Below the pieces are notes generated by a model. The model was given only the letters and a program-made list of their open reading frames with translations, made no database searches and was not told the DNA's origin. Below are positions 35,948-46,800 of a stretch of DNA of 64,000 nucleotides, piece after piece. How positions within the stretch are numbered: the stretch's first letter is position 1; every line of letters begins with the position of its first letter. Source of the stretch: Muribaculaceae bacterium Isolate-036 (Harlan) (GTDB lineage: Bacteria > Bacteroidota > Bacteroidia > Bacteroidales > Muribaculaceae); the NCBI GenBank assembly GCA_003833075.1, contig RIAY01000007.1:1-64000 (forward strand). Direction: 5' to 3'. The position numbers and the translations under genes were made by a program.

Positions 35948-37156
35948 ATGAAAGAGTCCAAGAAAAAAGTCGTCCTTGCCTTCAGCGGAGGCCTCGACAC
36001 CTCATTTGCAGCAAAATATCTCTCCGAAGATCTCGGCTACGAGGTTCACACTGCAATAGCCAACACCGGCGGATTCACCCCCGGAGATCTCGAACGCATC
36101 GAGCAAAGGGCATACGCACTCGGTGCGGCGTCACACGCCTCTCTCGACATAACCGAAGACTATTACAACCGATCCATACGATATATGATAGCCGGCAACG
36201 TGCTCCGCAACGGCACATATCCCATCTCCGTCTCCTCGGAGCGCATATTTCAGGCGATAGCCATCATCGAATATGCCAAGAAGATCGGCGCGGACGCTGT
36301 GGCACACGGCTCAACCGGAGCCGGCAACGACCAAGTGCGTTTTGATCTCACATTCCAGATTCTCGCTCCGGAGATAGAGATCATCACTCCCACCCGCGAC
36401 ATGACACTCACACGCGAATATGAGATAGACTATCTCAAAAAACACGGAGTCGACGCCGACTATAAGAAAATGGAATATTCCATCAACAAAGGTCTGTGGG
36501 GAACGAGCATCGGCGGCAAAGAGACTCTTCACAGCGAGCAGACACTTCCCGACAGCGCCTATCCCAGTCAGGTCACGGCATCGGGAGAAGAGACACTCCG
36601 CATCACATTTCACAAAGGCGAAGTGACTGCCGTCAACGGCAAGACATATGAAAACCGCATCGACGCCATCCGTGCGGTCGAGGAGGCGGGAGCGAAATTC
36701 GGCATCGGACGCGACATGCATATCGGCGACACAATAATCGGCATAAAAGGACGAGTTGGCTTTGAAGCCGCCGCTCCCGTGCTCATCATAGCCGCCCACA
36801 AAATGCTGGAGAAACACACCCTCACCAAATGGCAGCAATACTGGAAAGACCAGATCGGCACCTGGTACGGCATGTTCCTTCACGAATCGCAATATCTCGA
36901 ACCGGTGATGCGCGACATGGAGAAATTCCTTGAAAGCAGTCAGGAGAACGTAAGCGGAACAGTTGAGATTACACTCCGTCCGCTCGGCTATACCCTCGTT
37001 GGCGTCGACTCCCCGTTCGACCTGATGAAAACCGATTTCGGAGAATACGGAGAAGTCAACAAGGCATGGAGTGCCGACGATGTGAAAGGATTCACAAAAA
37101 TTCTCGGCAACCAGATGAAAATATTCCACAACGTACAGAAAAGAAACGGGAAATGA
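35948..37156 (+). CDS. argG: argininosuccinate synthase
   Basis: AFSGGLDTS PP-loop motif. Start trimmed from the ORF-track start (35888) to ATG 35948. Confidence 0.85.
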   Translation: MKESKKKVVLAFSGGLDTSFAAKYLSEDLGYEVHTAIANTGGFTPGDLERIEQRAYALGAASHASLDITEDYYNRSIRYMIAGNVLRNGTYPISVSSERIFQAIAIIEYAKKIGADAVAHGSTGAGNDQVRFDLTFQILAPEIEIITPTRDMTLTREYEIDYLKKHGVDADYKKMEYSINKGLWGTSIGGKETLHSEQTLPDSAYPSQVTASGEETLRITFHKGEVTAVNGKTYENRIDAIRAVEEAGAKFGIGRDMHIGDTIIGIKGRVGFEAAAPVLIIAAHKMLEKHTLTKWQQYWKDQIGTWYGMFLHESQYLEPVMRDMEKFLESSQENVSGTVEITLRPLGYTLVGVDSPFDLMKTDFGEYGEVNKAWSADDVKGFTKILGNQMKIFHNVQKRNGK

Positions 37157-38115
37157 TAAAGGCAGGAATAATCGGAGGCGCGGGCTACACAGCGGGAGAA
37201 CTTGTCAGGCTTCTGCTCAACCATCCCGAAGTCAGTCTCGAATGGGTACACTCGTCGAGCAATGCCGGCAGACCGCTGTGCGAGGTGCACTCCGGCATTG
37301 CCGGAGACACTGACATGCTCTTTGCCGACACCCACCCGTTACAGGGCATAGACGTTCTCTTTCTCTGTTCCGGACACGGAGCGAGCGCTTCATTCTGGCA
37401 GCAGAACGAAATGCCCCGCGGTCTGCGGGTCATAGACCTTGCCCAGGACTTCCGCGATGAATCATGCGGTTACGTCTACGGACTTCCGGAAATCAACCGC
37501 CCACGCATCGCCGAGGCACGCAAGGTCGCCAACCCCGGATGCTTCGCCACAGCCATTCAGCTTGCTCTTCTCCCCCTCGCCGCATCAGGCAGTCTTGAAG
37601 GACGTGTGCATACTACGGGAATCACGGGAAGCACCGGCGCGGGAGTAAAGCCCTCCGTCACCACCCATTTCAGCTGGCGCGACAACAATCTGTCGGTATA
37701 CAAACCGTTCACACACCAGCACCTTACTGAAATCGGTGCCACCCTGCGCCATCTGCAGCCATCCTGGTCCGAAGGCATCAGCTTCATCCCCGTGCGCGGA
37801 GACTTTCCACGCGGCATATTCTGCGCCACAACCCTGCGCACTGCACTCGACACCGGCGAGCTGACCCGGATGTATTCGGATTTTTATTCGGAATCACCGT
37901 TCACACACGTATGCCGGACCGATGTTGACCTCAAGCAGGTTGTCAACACCAACAAATGTCTTCTCAGCGTCACCTCCCGCAACGGAGAAGCCCTTGTCAT
38001 CTCAGTCATCGACAACCTTCTAAAAGGAGCTTCCGGTCAGGCAGTCGAGAATATGAATCTGATGTTCGGACTCCCCGAAGACTGCGGGCTGAGACTCAAG
38101 GCATCTGCATTTTAG
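37153..38115 (+). CDS. argC: N-acetyl-gamma-glutamyl-phosphate reductase
   Basis: N-terminal GIIGGAGYTAGEL Rossmann motif and a catalytic Cys region (NPGCFAT). ATGA overlap with argG. Confidence 0.85.
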   Translation: MIKAGIIGGAGYTAGELVRLLLNHPEVSLEWVHSSSNAGRPLCEVHSGIAGDTDMLFADTHPLQGIDVLFLCSGHGASASFWQQNEMPRGLRVIDLAQDFRDESCGYVYGLPEINRPRIAEARKVANPGCFATAIQLALLPLAASGSLEGRVHTTGITGSTGAGVKPSVTTHFSWRDNNLSVYKPFTHQHLTEIGATLRHLQPSWSEGISFIPVRGDFPRGIFCATTLRTALDTGELTRMYSDFYSESPFTHVCRTDVDLKQVVNTNKCLLSVTSRNGEALVISVIDNLLKGASGQAVENMNLMFGLPEDCGLRLKASAF

Positions 38116-38142
38116 GTGTCGTTTAAATCTAAAAATACAGCA

Positions 38143-39270
38143 ATGAAACTATTTGATGTTTATTCATTATACGACATAGAACCCGTGCGCGGCAAGGGAA
38201 ACTATGTCTACACCGCCGACAGCACTCCCTATCTCGACTTTTACGGAGGTCACGCCGTGATCTCAATTGGTCACTCGCATCCGCGATATGTCGATGCCGT
38301 CAGCAGACAGGTGTCTCAGCTTGCGTTCTACAGCAATTCTGTTAAAAACACCCTGCAGCAACGCCTCGCCGACCTTCTCGGTGAGATTTCCGGTTATGAC
38401 GATTATCAGCTCTTTCTTGCCAATTCAGGCGCGGAAGCCAACGAGAACGCCATAAAACTCGCATCTTTCGCTACCGGACGCCGCAGGATCCTTGCCTTCG
38501 ACAAGGCGTTTCACGGACGCACATCTGCCGCAGTTGCCGCCACCGACAACCCCCGCATACAGGCACCAGTCAACAAGACCGACAACATCGTCTTCTCCCC
38601 CCTCAACGACATCGAGGCGGCAACCCGCCTGCTCGAATCACAGGAATTCGCAGCCGTCATTATCGAAGGCATTCAGGGAGTTGCAGGAATCCGCATGGTC
38701 GATGATGATTTCCTGCGCCGCCTGAGCGAAGTCGCCGCCGCAACCGGCACACTGCTGATAGCCGACGAAATCCAAAGCGGCTACGGACGCACAGGGAAAT
38801 TCTTCGCCCATCAGCACGCCGGGATACGCCCCGACATAATAACCTCCGCAAAAGGCATTGCAAACGGATTCCCGATGTCGGCGGTGCTCGTGTCGCCGGA
38901 GATCAGACCTGAAAAAGGGATGCTCGGCACAACCTTCGGAGGAAATCATCTCGCCTGTGCAGCCGCAATCGCGGTGCTTGAGATAATGCGCGATGAAAAC
39001 CTTGTGGAGAATGCAGCCCGAACCGGAGAAAGACTTATCGCGCGGCTTCGCGCCATTCCTGAGATAAAAGAGGTGCGCGGACGCGGACTGATGATAGGAA
39101 TGGAGATTGACGGAGATGCCTCTGAACTCCGCAGAAAACTCCTCTTCGGCAATCACGTATTTACCGGAGGCGCAGGCATACATACCGTCAGGCTGCTACC
39201 CCCGTTAACCATAACCGACGGTGAGGCTGACATCTTCATCGAAAGGTTGAAAAAAGCTATCAAAGAATGA
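38143..39270 (+). CDS. argD: acetyl/succinyl-ornithine aminotransferase (class III PLP aminotransferase)
   Basis: LIADEIQSGYGRTGKFFA PLP-lysine region. Confidence 0.8.
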   Translation: MKLFDVYSLYDIEPVRGKGNYVYTADSTPYLDFYGGHAVISIGHSHPRYVDAVSRQVSQLAFYSNSVKNTLQQRLADLLGEISGYDDYQLFLANSGAEANENAIKLASFATGRRRILAFDKAFHGRTSAAVAATDNPRIQAPVNKTDNIVFSPLNDIEAATRLLESQEFAAVIIEGIQGVAGIRMVDDDFLRRLSEVAAATGTLLIADEIQSGYGRTGKFFAHQHAGIRPDIITSAKGIANGFPMSAVLVSPEIRPEKGMLGTTFGGNHLACAAAIAVLEIMRDENLVENAARTGERLIARLRAIPEIKEVRGRGLMIGMEIDGDASELRRKLLFGNHVFTGGAGIHTVRLLPPLTITDGEADIFIERLKKAIKE

Positions 39271-40220
39271 GAAAGTTCACAGACGTAACAGACATCGGCT
39301 CTCTGCGCCAAGCCGTAGATGAGGCATTTGAGATAAAACGTGACCGTTTCGCCCATACCGATCTCGGCAAAAACCACACTTTGCTGATGATATTCTTCAA
39401 TTCGAGCCTGCGCACACGGCTCAGCACCCAGAAAGCGGCGATGAACCTCGGCATGAACGTGATTGTGCTCGATGTCAATCAGGGCGCATGGAAACTCGAG
39501 ACAGAACGCGGCGTGATAATGGACGGCGACAAAGCGGAACACCTCCTTGAGGCGATTCCGGTCATGGGAAGTTACTGCGACATAATCGGCGTGCGCGCCT
39601 TCGCCGGTCTCAAAGACCGCGACGAAGACTACGGGGAGCGCGTCATCTCCCAGTTTATCCACCATTCCGGGCGCCCCGTATTCAGTATGGAAGCGGCAAC
39701 CCGCCATCCCCTGCAAAGTTTCGCAGATCTTATCACCATCGAGGAGTTCAAGACAGTGGAGCGCCCTAAAGTGGTGCTTACATGGGCACCCCATCCCAAG
39801 GCTCTCCCGCAGGCGGTGCCCAACTCGTTCGCCGAATGGATGAACGCCGCCGACTACGATTTTGTCATCACTCATCCCCATGGATATGAGCTCGCACCGG
39901 AGTTTGTCGGCAATGCCACCGTGGAATATGACCAGCATCGCGCATTCGAGGGAGCGCACTTCATATACGCGAAAAACTGGAGTGCATACAATGCCCCCGA
40001 TTATGGAAAAGTTCTGAACACCGACCGCTCATGGATGGTGGATGAAGAGAAGATGCGCCTCACCGACAACGCCTTTTTCATGCACTGCCTTCCCGTCAGA
40101 CGCAACATGATTGTCTCCGATGCAGTCATAGAATCCGAACGCAGTCTGGTGATTCCCCAGGCAGCCAACCGCGAGATTTCGGCGCAGGTAGTTCTCAAAC
40201 GCATGCTTGAATCCCTTTAG
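39267..40220 (+). CDS. argF: N-acyl-ornithine carbamoyltransferase (ArgF'-type transcarbamylase)
   Basis: The transcarbamylase fold lacks the canonical STRTR signature and shows SLRTRLS instead, as in Bacteroides ArgF'. ATGA overlap with argD. Confidence 0.7.
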   Translation: MRKFTDVTDIGSLRQAVDEAFEIKRDRFAHTDLGKNHTLLMIFFNSSLRTRLSTQKAAMNLGMNVIVLDVNQGAWKLETERGVIMDGDKAEHLLEAIPVMGSYCDIIGVRAFAGLKDRDEDYGERVISQFIHHSGRPVFSMEAATRHPLQSFADLITIEEFKTVERPKVVLTWAPHPKALPQAVPNSFAEWMNAADYDFVITHPHGYELAPEFVGNATVEYDQHRAFEGAHFIYAKNWSAYNAPDYGKVLNTDRSWMVDEEKMRLTDNAFFMHCLPVRRNMIVSDAVIESERSLVIPQAANREISAQVVLKRMLESL

Positions 40221-40402
40221 AAACTGTTTAAATTTAATTCGATTTTTTTTATATAGTACATCTTGTGGCTTCCTTGAGGTCTTTTATGGCTGTTTTCACC
40301 GAGTCTCATCGGTCACATAGCCCGCTATGCTCCCTCTTCGACTCGTAAAAACACCTCATAAAATCCTCTCAATGAACCTCACAATTAAATTTAAACAGTT
40401 TC
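40220..40402. repeat. MITE-like repeat copy 2 (~183 bp), inserted between argF' and argB. Its first base completes the argF' TAG stop.
   Basis: Perfect 20-bp TIRs. A TTA direct repeat flanks it. Confidence 0.6.
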
Positions 40403-40426
40403 TTAGAATTAATATATTGACAGATA

Positions 40427-41203
40427 ATGCAGACTCTGAAAATTTTCAAGATAGGCGGCAACGTAGTTGACAACCCGCAGATTCTAAGCAAATTCCTTGC
40501 GGATTTCAACAGAGTGTCGGGAGACAAGATAATAGTGCACGGAGGCGGAAAGGAGGCGACACGTCTCGCCTCCGCTCTTGATGTGCCGGTCACAATGATC
40601 GAAGGGAGACGCGTCACAGACCGCCGGACACTCGACATCGTCACTATGGTTTACGCCGGACTCGTCAACAAACGTGTTGTGGCGGCACTTCAGGCTATCG
40701 GCTGCAACGCTATCGGGCTCTCTGGGTCCGACGGCGATGCGATCAGGGCTGTGAGACGCGCACCGGAACCTGTTGACTATGGATACGTCGGCGACATCAA
40801 CGCATCCTCAGTCAATGTCAGGCTGCTGACAGACTTGCTCGGCTGCGGCATGGTACCGGTGCTATGCGCCATAACCCACGATGGCGACGGCTTGCTACTG
40901 AACTGCAACGCCGACACGATAGCCTCGTCCGTCGCAGTAGCGCTTTCGCAGGTGCGGGAAACAGAACTGATCTACTGCTTCGAGCAGCCGGGAGTGCTTA
41001 CCGACATAAATGACAAAAGCAGCGTGATTCCACTGATCACCCCCGATGACTTTCCCGCTCTTAAAGAGAGCGGTGTGATTTCAGCCGGAATGATACCTAA
41101 AATCAAGAATGCCCTCGACGCGGTGCGCAAGGGAGTCAGATACGTCTCTGTCAAAAGCAGTGATGACATTCTCGGCTGCACCGGAACAACAGTGCGCCTA
41201 TGA
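40427..41203 (+). CDS. argB: acetylglutamate kinase
   Basis: Amino-acid kinase family motifs (KIGG...VHGGG). Confidence 0.8.
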   Translation: MQTLKIFKIGGNVVDNPQILSKFLADFNRVSGDKIIVHGGGKEATRLASALDVPVTMIEGRRVTDRRTLDIVTMVYAGLVNKRVVAALQAIGCNAIGLSGSDGDAIRAVRRAPEPVDYGYVGDINASSVNVRLLTDLLGCGMVPVLCAITHDGDGLLLNCNADTIASSVAVALSQVRETELIYCFEQPGVLTDINDKSSVIPLITPDDFPALKESGVISAGMIPKIKNALDAVRKGVRYVSVKSSDDILGCTGTTVRL

Positions 41204-42288
41204 CACGTCAGGCAACAGACCTCCTCAGGACACTCATCGCCACACCCTCCGTCTCTCGCGATGAAAACGCCGCAGCTGATGTCGTGGAGGCTTTTCTCCG
41301 CGACCATGGTGTCCGTACCCGGCGTTATGCCGACAACATCGTCGCTCTGCCGGAACGTTTCGTTCCGGGGTTGCCGGTACTGATGCTCAACAGCCATATC
41401 GACACAGTCCGTCCCGCACCCTCCTATTCGTTCGACCCCTTTGCCCCGTTCGAAGAGAACGGACGTCTGTACGGACTCGGCAGCAATGACGCCGGGGCAA
41501 GCGTGGTGTCGCTCATAGCGGCGTTTCTGCAGCTTCGCGGCGAGGACCTCCCCCTGAATCTTCTGCTTGCCGTCTCGGCGGAAGAAGAGGTCGGGGGTGA
41601 AAACGGGATGCGCCTGCTTCTACCTTCTCTTGCAGCCGACGGCATCGTGCCCGACATGGCAATCGTCGGAGAACCCACGGGGATGCAGCCCGCCATCGCC
41701 GAACGCGGACTTGTCGTTCTCGACTGCGTGACACGCGGAATAACCGGACATGCCGCCCGCCCGGAGGGAGTGAACGCCATATACAGGGCGATCGATGACA
41801 TTTCCCTGTTGCGCGGCTTCCGGTTCGGCAACGAATCGGAGACTCTCGGTCCTGTCAGGATCTCCGTAACCATGATAGAGGCAGGCAGGCAACACAATGT
41901 AGTGCCCGACGAATGCCGCTGGGTTGCGGACATACGCACCACCGACGCCTACTCGAATGAAGAGACCGTCAGGATACTGCAGGAGGCTGTAAGCTGTCAT
42001 TCCGTTCTGACTCCCCGTTCCACACGCATCCGCGCCTCGGTGATCGACCCGGGACATCCGCTTGTAAGGGCAGCCTCGGAAATGGGACTGACTCCGTTCA
42101 TATCCCCAACCACCTCCGACATGTCGCTGATGCACGGCATACCATCGCTCAAGATCGGTCCGGGGGATTCCGCCCGCTCCCACTCCGCCGACGAATTCAT
42201 TCTCATCGACGAGATAGAGCAGGCTATATCGTTATATCCGAAACTAATAAGAAAATGTTCAAATGAAACTTTGGGACAAGGGTTTTGA
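41200..42288 (+). CDS. argE: M20-family deacylase (acetylornithine deacetylase or succinyl-ornithine desuccinylase)
   Basis: M20 motifs NSHIDTV and GSNDAGA. ATGA overlap with argB. Confidence 0.7.
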   Translation: MTRQATDLLRTLIATPSVSRDENAAADVVEAFLRDHGVRTRRYADNIVALPERFVPGLPVLMLNSHIDTVRPAPSYSFDPFAPFEENGRLYGLGSNDAGASVVSLIAAFLQLRGEDLPLNLLLAVSAEEEVGGENGMRLLLPSLAADGIVPDMAIVGEPTGMQPAIAERGLVVLDCVTRGITGHAARPEGVNAIYRAIDDISLLRGFRFGNESETLGPVRISVTMIEAGRQHNVVPDECRWVADIRTTDAYSNEETVRILQEAVSCHSVLTPRSTRIRASVIDPGHPLVRAASEMGLTPFISPTTSDMSLMHGIPSLKIGPGDSARSHSADEFILIDEIEQAISLYPKLIRKCSNETLGQGF

Positions 42289-43552
42289 ACCCGACAAAAT
42301 AATAGAGAAGTTCACCGTAGGCAATGATCGCGAACTCGACATGAGACTCGCCCTTTACGATGTCGAGGGCTCCATGGCACACATCACCATGCTTGAATCG
42401 ATCGGACTTCTGACACAGGAGGAGCTGCAAACCCTCCTCTCCGCTCTTGAGGAAATAAAAGAGACCATACGCAACGGCAGTTTCAGCATCGAGGAGGGTG
42501 TGGAGGATGTCCACTCCCAGGTCGAGTTCATGCTTACGGCAAAGCTCGGTGACCTCGGAAAAAAAATCCACTCAGGTCGCTCCCGCAACGACCAGGTGCT
42601 TCTTGACCTGAAACTCTTTATGCGCGACGAGCTGAAGAAAATAGCCCAAGTCACAGGCAGCCTGTGCCACTCTCTGCTTGATCTTGCCGAAAGACACAAG
42701 GATGTCCTGATGCCGGGATACACACATCTGCAGATAGCCATGCCCTCTTCTTTCGGTCTGTGGTTCGGAGCTTACGCCGAATCATTTTCCGACGACCTCG
42801 AGCTGCTTTGGTCGGCATACCGCATAGCCAACCGCAATCCGCTCGGGTCGGCAGCCGGATATGGCTCTTCGTTCCCCCTTGACCGCGAGATGACCACCCG
42901 CCTCCTCCACTTCGAATCGATGCATTACAACGTCGTGGCGGCGCAGATGAGCCGGGGAAAGACCGAACGCGCCGCAGCCATGGCTGTTGCCGCAATAGCC
43001 TCTACCCTTTCACACCTTGCCATGGACGTTTGCATGTGGATGTGTCAGAATTTCGGATTTGTCTCCTTTCCCGATGAGCTCACAACCGGTTCCTCGATAA
43101 TGCCTCACAAGAAAAATCCGGACGTGTTCGAGATAATGCGGGGCAAATGCAACAGGCTCCAGTCTCTGCCCAACGAGATCGCACTTCTCACCGCCAACCT
43201 CCCGTTAGGATACAACCGCGACCTCCAGCTACTGAAAGACATAACATTCCCGGCTACTTCGGAAATCATCTCCTGCCTCGAAATGGCGGAATTTATGCTC
43301 GGACACATCAGAGTGAACACCAGGATTCTCGATGATCCGAAATACGACTACCTATTCACGGTAGAGGATGTGAACCGGCTCGCTCTTGAAGGCATGCCCT
43401 TCCGCGATGCCTATAAAGAAATAGGTATGCAGGTGCAGAAAGGTGAATACAAACCCGATCAGCATATCCGCCACACCCATGCCGGCAGCATAGGCAACCT
43501 CTGCAACGACCGCATCGCAGCTCGCATCAACGAAATCCTCTCACGCTTCTAA
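42263..43552 (+). CDS. argH: argininosuccinate lyase
   Basis: Fumarate-lyase signature GSSIMPHKKNPD. Confidence 0.85.
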   Translation: MKLWDKGFEPDKIIEKFTVGNDRELDMRLALYDVEGSMAHITMLESIGLLTQEELQTLLSALEEIKETIRNGSFSIEEGVEDVHSQVEFMLTAKLGDLGKKIHSGRSRNDQVLLDLKLFMRDELKKIAQVTGSLCHSLLDLAERHKDVLMPGYTHLQIAMPSSFGLWFGAYAESFSDDLELLWSAYRIANRNPLGSAAGYGSSFPLDREMTTRLLHFESMHYNVVAAQMSRGKTERAAAMAVAAIASTLSHLAMDVCMWMCQNFGFVSFPDELTTGSSIMPHKKNPDVFEIMRGKCNRLQSLPNEIALLTANLPLGYNRDLQLLKDITFPATSEIISCLEMAEFMLGHIRVNTRILDDPKYDYLFTVEDVNRLALEGMPFRDAYKEIGMQVQKGEYKPDQHIRHTHAGSIGNLCNDRIAARINEILSRF

Positions 43553-43601
43553 AAGAATCTACGATATCATTATTTTAACTTTCGTAAATAAGTCAAGACG
43601 A

Positions 43602-43694
43602 GTTCACTGTTTAAATTTAATTATGAGGTTCATTGAGTGGATTTTATGAGGCGTTTTTACGAGTTGAGGAAGGAGCACAGCTCGCTGTGCTCCT
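43602..43694. repeat. partial, inverted MITE-like copy 3 (one TIR plus ~70 bp) followed by a GGAGCACAGC...GCTGTGCTCC hairpin
   Basis: TTCACTGTTTAAATTTAATT...ATGAGGTTCATTGAG matches the reverse complement of the right half of copies 1 and 2. Confidence 0.45.
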
Positions 43695-43860
43695 GACCAT
43701 ACAATATAAGGCGGTGTGTCAAAATTGATAAAATTTGACACACCGCCTTGATTTTAGCCGGATGGCGAGGATGCTGTCAGAATAGTCCGAATCATTCAGC
43801 CAACGACCCAGACGGGCTATTATGACACATCCTCTTCACTTTTTAGTATTATGCGCCAGT

Positions 43861-46800
43861 CTATCTGTCGTTAACTACCTTTACCACACGTGTCGTGCCA
43901 TCGGAAAGTTCCTCCAGCACAATATAGATCCTGCCATCAGCCGTTTCAGGCACAGGCACCTCAATTCCTTCCGTATTGAAGAATCTGCGGCTGACAACGT
44001 TTTCCCCATCATTTTCAATAGAACCGATTCCTGATGTATGGTTCACTGCCAGTTCATATGTCTTTGACAGGTCACCTGCCGTAGCAGTCACGAGAATCTT
44101 GCCTATGACAGTTGCTGCGAAGCAAGCCTTGTTTCCATCAAACACGAGATCCTTGCAATCGCTTGACCATTTCACGGTTCCTACGCCACCTACATTGAAA
44201 TCCTTTGTCACACTTGATTGCGTGTCACCATCGGCAAGGATCAAACCTGCAGCATGGAACAATGCGACTTCATTTCCTACGGCATCTTTCACTACCGGAT
44301 ATGTATAGTCATCCGTCGAAACGAAACCTTCACCGAGATCAAGAGCGGCAAGTTCCTTTGCAGTTATCTTGCGCGCCTCAAACGCCTCGTCATTGACACT
44401 ATTGTTGATGTCAAGATAGAAGGTATTCTCCATCTTGTTGTCTGCCGTCCATTGTTTTCCGTTTGTAAAAGACACACCCACTATTGAGCCGCAAGAGTCA
44501 GCAGGAGCTTCGATCTTGCCGGAATTATAACAATTGACAAACTGAGTCTTCCCCTTTTCGGGAGTTGCCACAAGACCTGCCACACGGGCAAGCCCCTTCA
44601 CGGAACCCGCGTTGTAGCAGTTTCTGAATGTTGCGCCCGAATGCGCAGCCAGACCGCCTATCTCAAATGAAGGCTCATCTTTTGTCACAGTAGACTGCAC
44701 ATTACTGAGCGATGAAACGCTACCTGTGTTCCAGCACCCCTCGACAAGACCGTCTATAGGCGATCCCCATGCGATCAACCCGCCTGCACGATCTGTCTTT
44801 CCTGTAATGTTACCCGTATTGTAACAGTTTATCATCTGTGGACCATTACCTGCAAATTGCGAAGTAATGCCCGCTACCATACGGTTACCCTCGATATCAC
44901 CGACATTCCGGCAATTCCTGAATATCACCTTTCCCGATGCGGAGCCGGTGATGCCACCGCCCTGGTTGCCATCGGCAATGATCGTTCCTTCGTTGACACA
45001 ATCGATAAACGATGCCTCGTCAGGAGTAGAAGCAGATCCCGGAGTACCGATTACCTGTCCCGCTATTCCGCCGGCATAGACATTGAAATTGGATATGATC
45101 GTACCTGTATTGGTGCAACGAGTGAACGAAGACCCGGGCGTATAGGATGTTACAAATCCAGCCGTTGGATAACCCGTGCCGAGAGATTTGGTCGATTCTG
45201 CAGAAATGTCACCATTGTTAAGGCAATCAGTCATTATATATTGAGCGTTGGCTGATGCCGAAGATGTTGCCGGAGTGCCGGCAATGTACCCTGCAACCTT
45301 ACCTGCCGCGCTGACCGGAGTGCTGTTGGTACAAGATACGAAGGAATAAACGCCATTGCCCTTAGTGCCAAGAGCGTTTCCGATGAATCCGGCTACAGTG
45401 TGAGCCCACTCGGGTGTGGCAACGATTATTTCTCCATTGCTTTTGCAATTCTCAAAAATTGCGGCACCTGAACTTGAAACAAAACCACCTATAGTGACTG
45501 CCGTTGCTTTGGAATATGATGCCGTCTGCTCTATCTTGCCCTTGAACTCGCAATCCTTATATGTCACTCCGGCTGCACCTGTGGCAACAAGACCACCGAT
45601 CGATGCCATATTGCTCTTTATCGAGCCGCCGAACACCACGCCATTAAGCACTGCGCCTGCATAAGCATTGCCTACGACTCCGGATACATTCGCCTTATTT
45701 GTTGTCACCGAAACATTCGAAACAACGTTCTCCAGTGTTCCGTAAAGTTTATCAACAACAGGACAGGCATATGTATGCGTAGCGTTTAACGTTCCCTCAA
45801 TCTTAAGGTTCTTGATTGTCGCATCGGCACCGACGGTTCCGAACATTCCACTCGCCGAATTGGCAATCGAGCTTAAGTCAACAACTTTTATCGTGTGGTT
45901 AGCACCATCGAGCGTTCCGCTCATCACGGTCACTCCATCGCCACCTATGCGTACGGGAGTAATGCCTGAAAAGTCAAGGTCCGCAGTTATCCTTACAGTC
46001 TGACCGATCAGGTCCCTGCCTGTCTTGTTCATGTGTGTTGCAAGAGCGTTCCAGTCCCCCGTATTATTGAGAAGATATGGATTATCGGCTGTACCCTCTC
46101 CGTTGAGAGGCATCGCGGGAAGCACACGGATAAAAATCGGACGACGCACATTTGCCGCGTTAACGGCTATTAGCGTATCCGCCACTATCTCCGTTACGTT
46201 CTGCGGGACTATCAATACCCCATTCTCAATCTTGAACGCGCTTCCGTCAGAGAGTGACCATGCTGCGTTTCCATCAAGTTCCACATTGCTTGCGAGTTCG
46301 CTGAAGATCTCTCCCGACACAGCTTTGGCGATGACTTTACGTGCAGCATCCACCTTAGTCTCGTCTGCGAATGTTTTCAGCGCGGGATATATACCGGCAC
46401 GGTAGTCCCATACATCTGAGACAAGACCTTCAAGGGCTTCACCGGAAGTCAGTGCCGTTGTTTCAACACCATTCATATTCACAACGTCAGCGTTAGCTCC
46501 TGCCTTAATACCTATAGTCTGTGCATCGAAATAAACATTCTCAACATTCTTCGTACCGGCAAGACCGAGAACAGCACCTACTGTCGCCTTGTTGCCGCAA
46601 TATACATTGCCGAGACTCAGGCAGCCGATTATGTTATCATTTGCCGATCCTGCTGCCGATGTGCCCTCCATAGAGCCACTTATGCCGCCGGCATTATTAT
46701 TCTGGGCGTAAACGGTGCCGTAATTCACACAATTTTTTATTGCCGAACCGTTGCTGCCTCCTGCAATACCGCCTACCCGCTGCAACTGCTTGATATAGTT

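Noticed and set aside
36311-37129. 272-aa ORF antisense to argG, plus other antisense ORFs in argC, argD, argF' and argE (for example 38638..39183, 39153..39959, 41620..42183)
   Set aside because: Antisense shadows of well-supported genes in a GC-rich operon.
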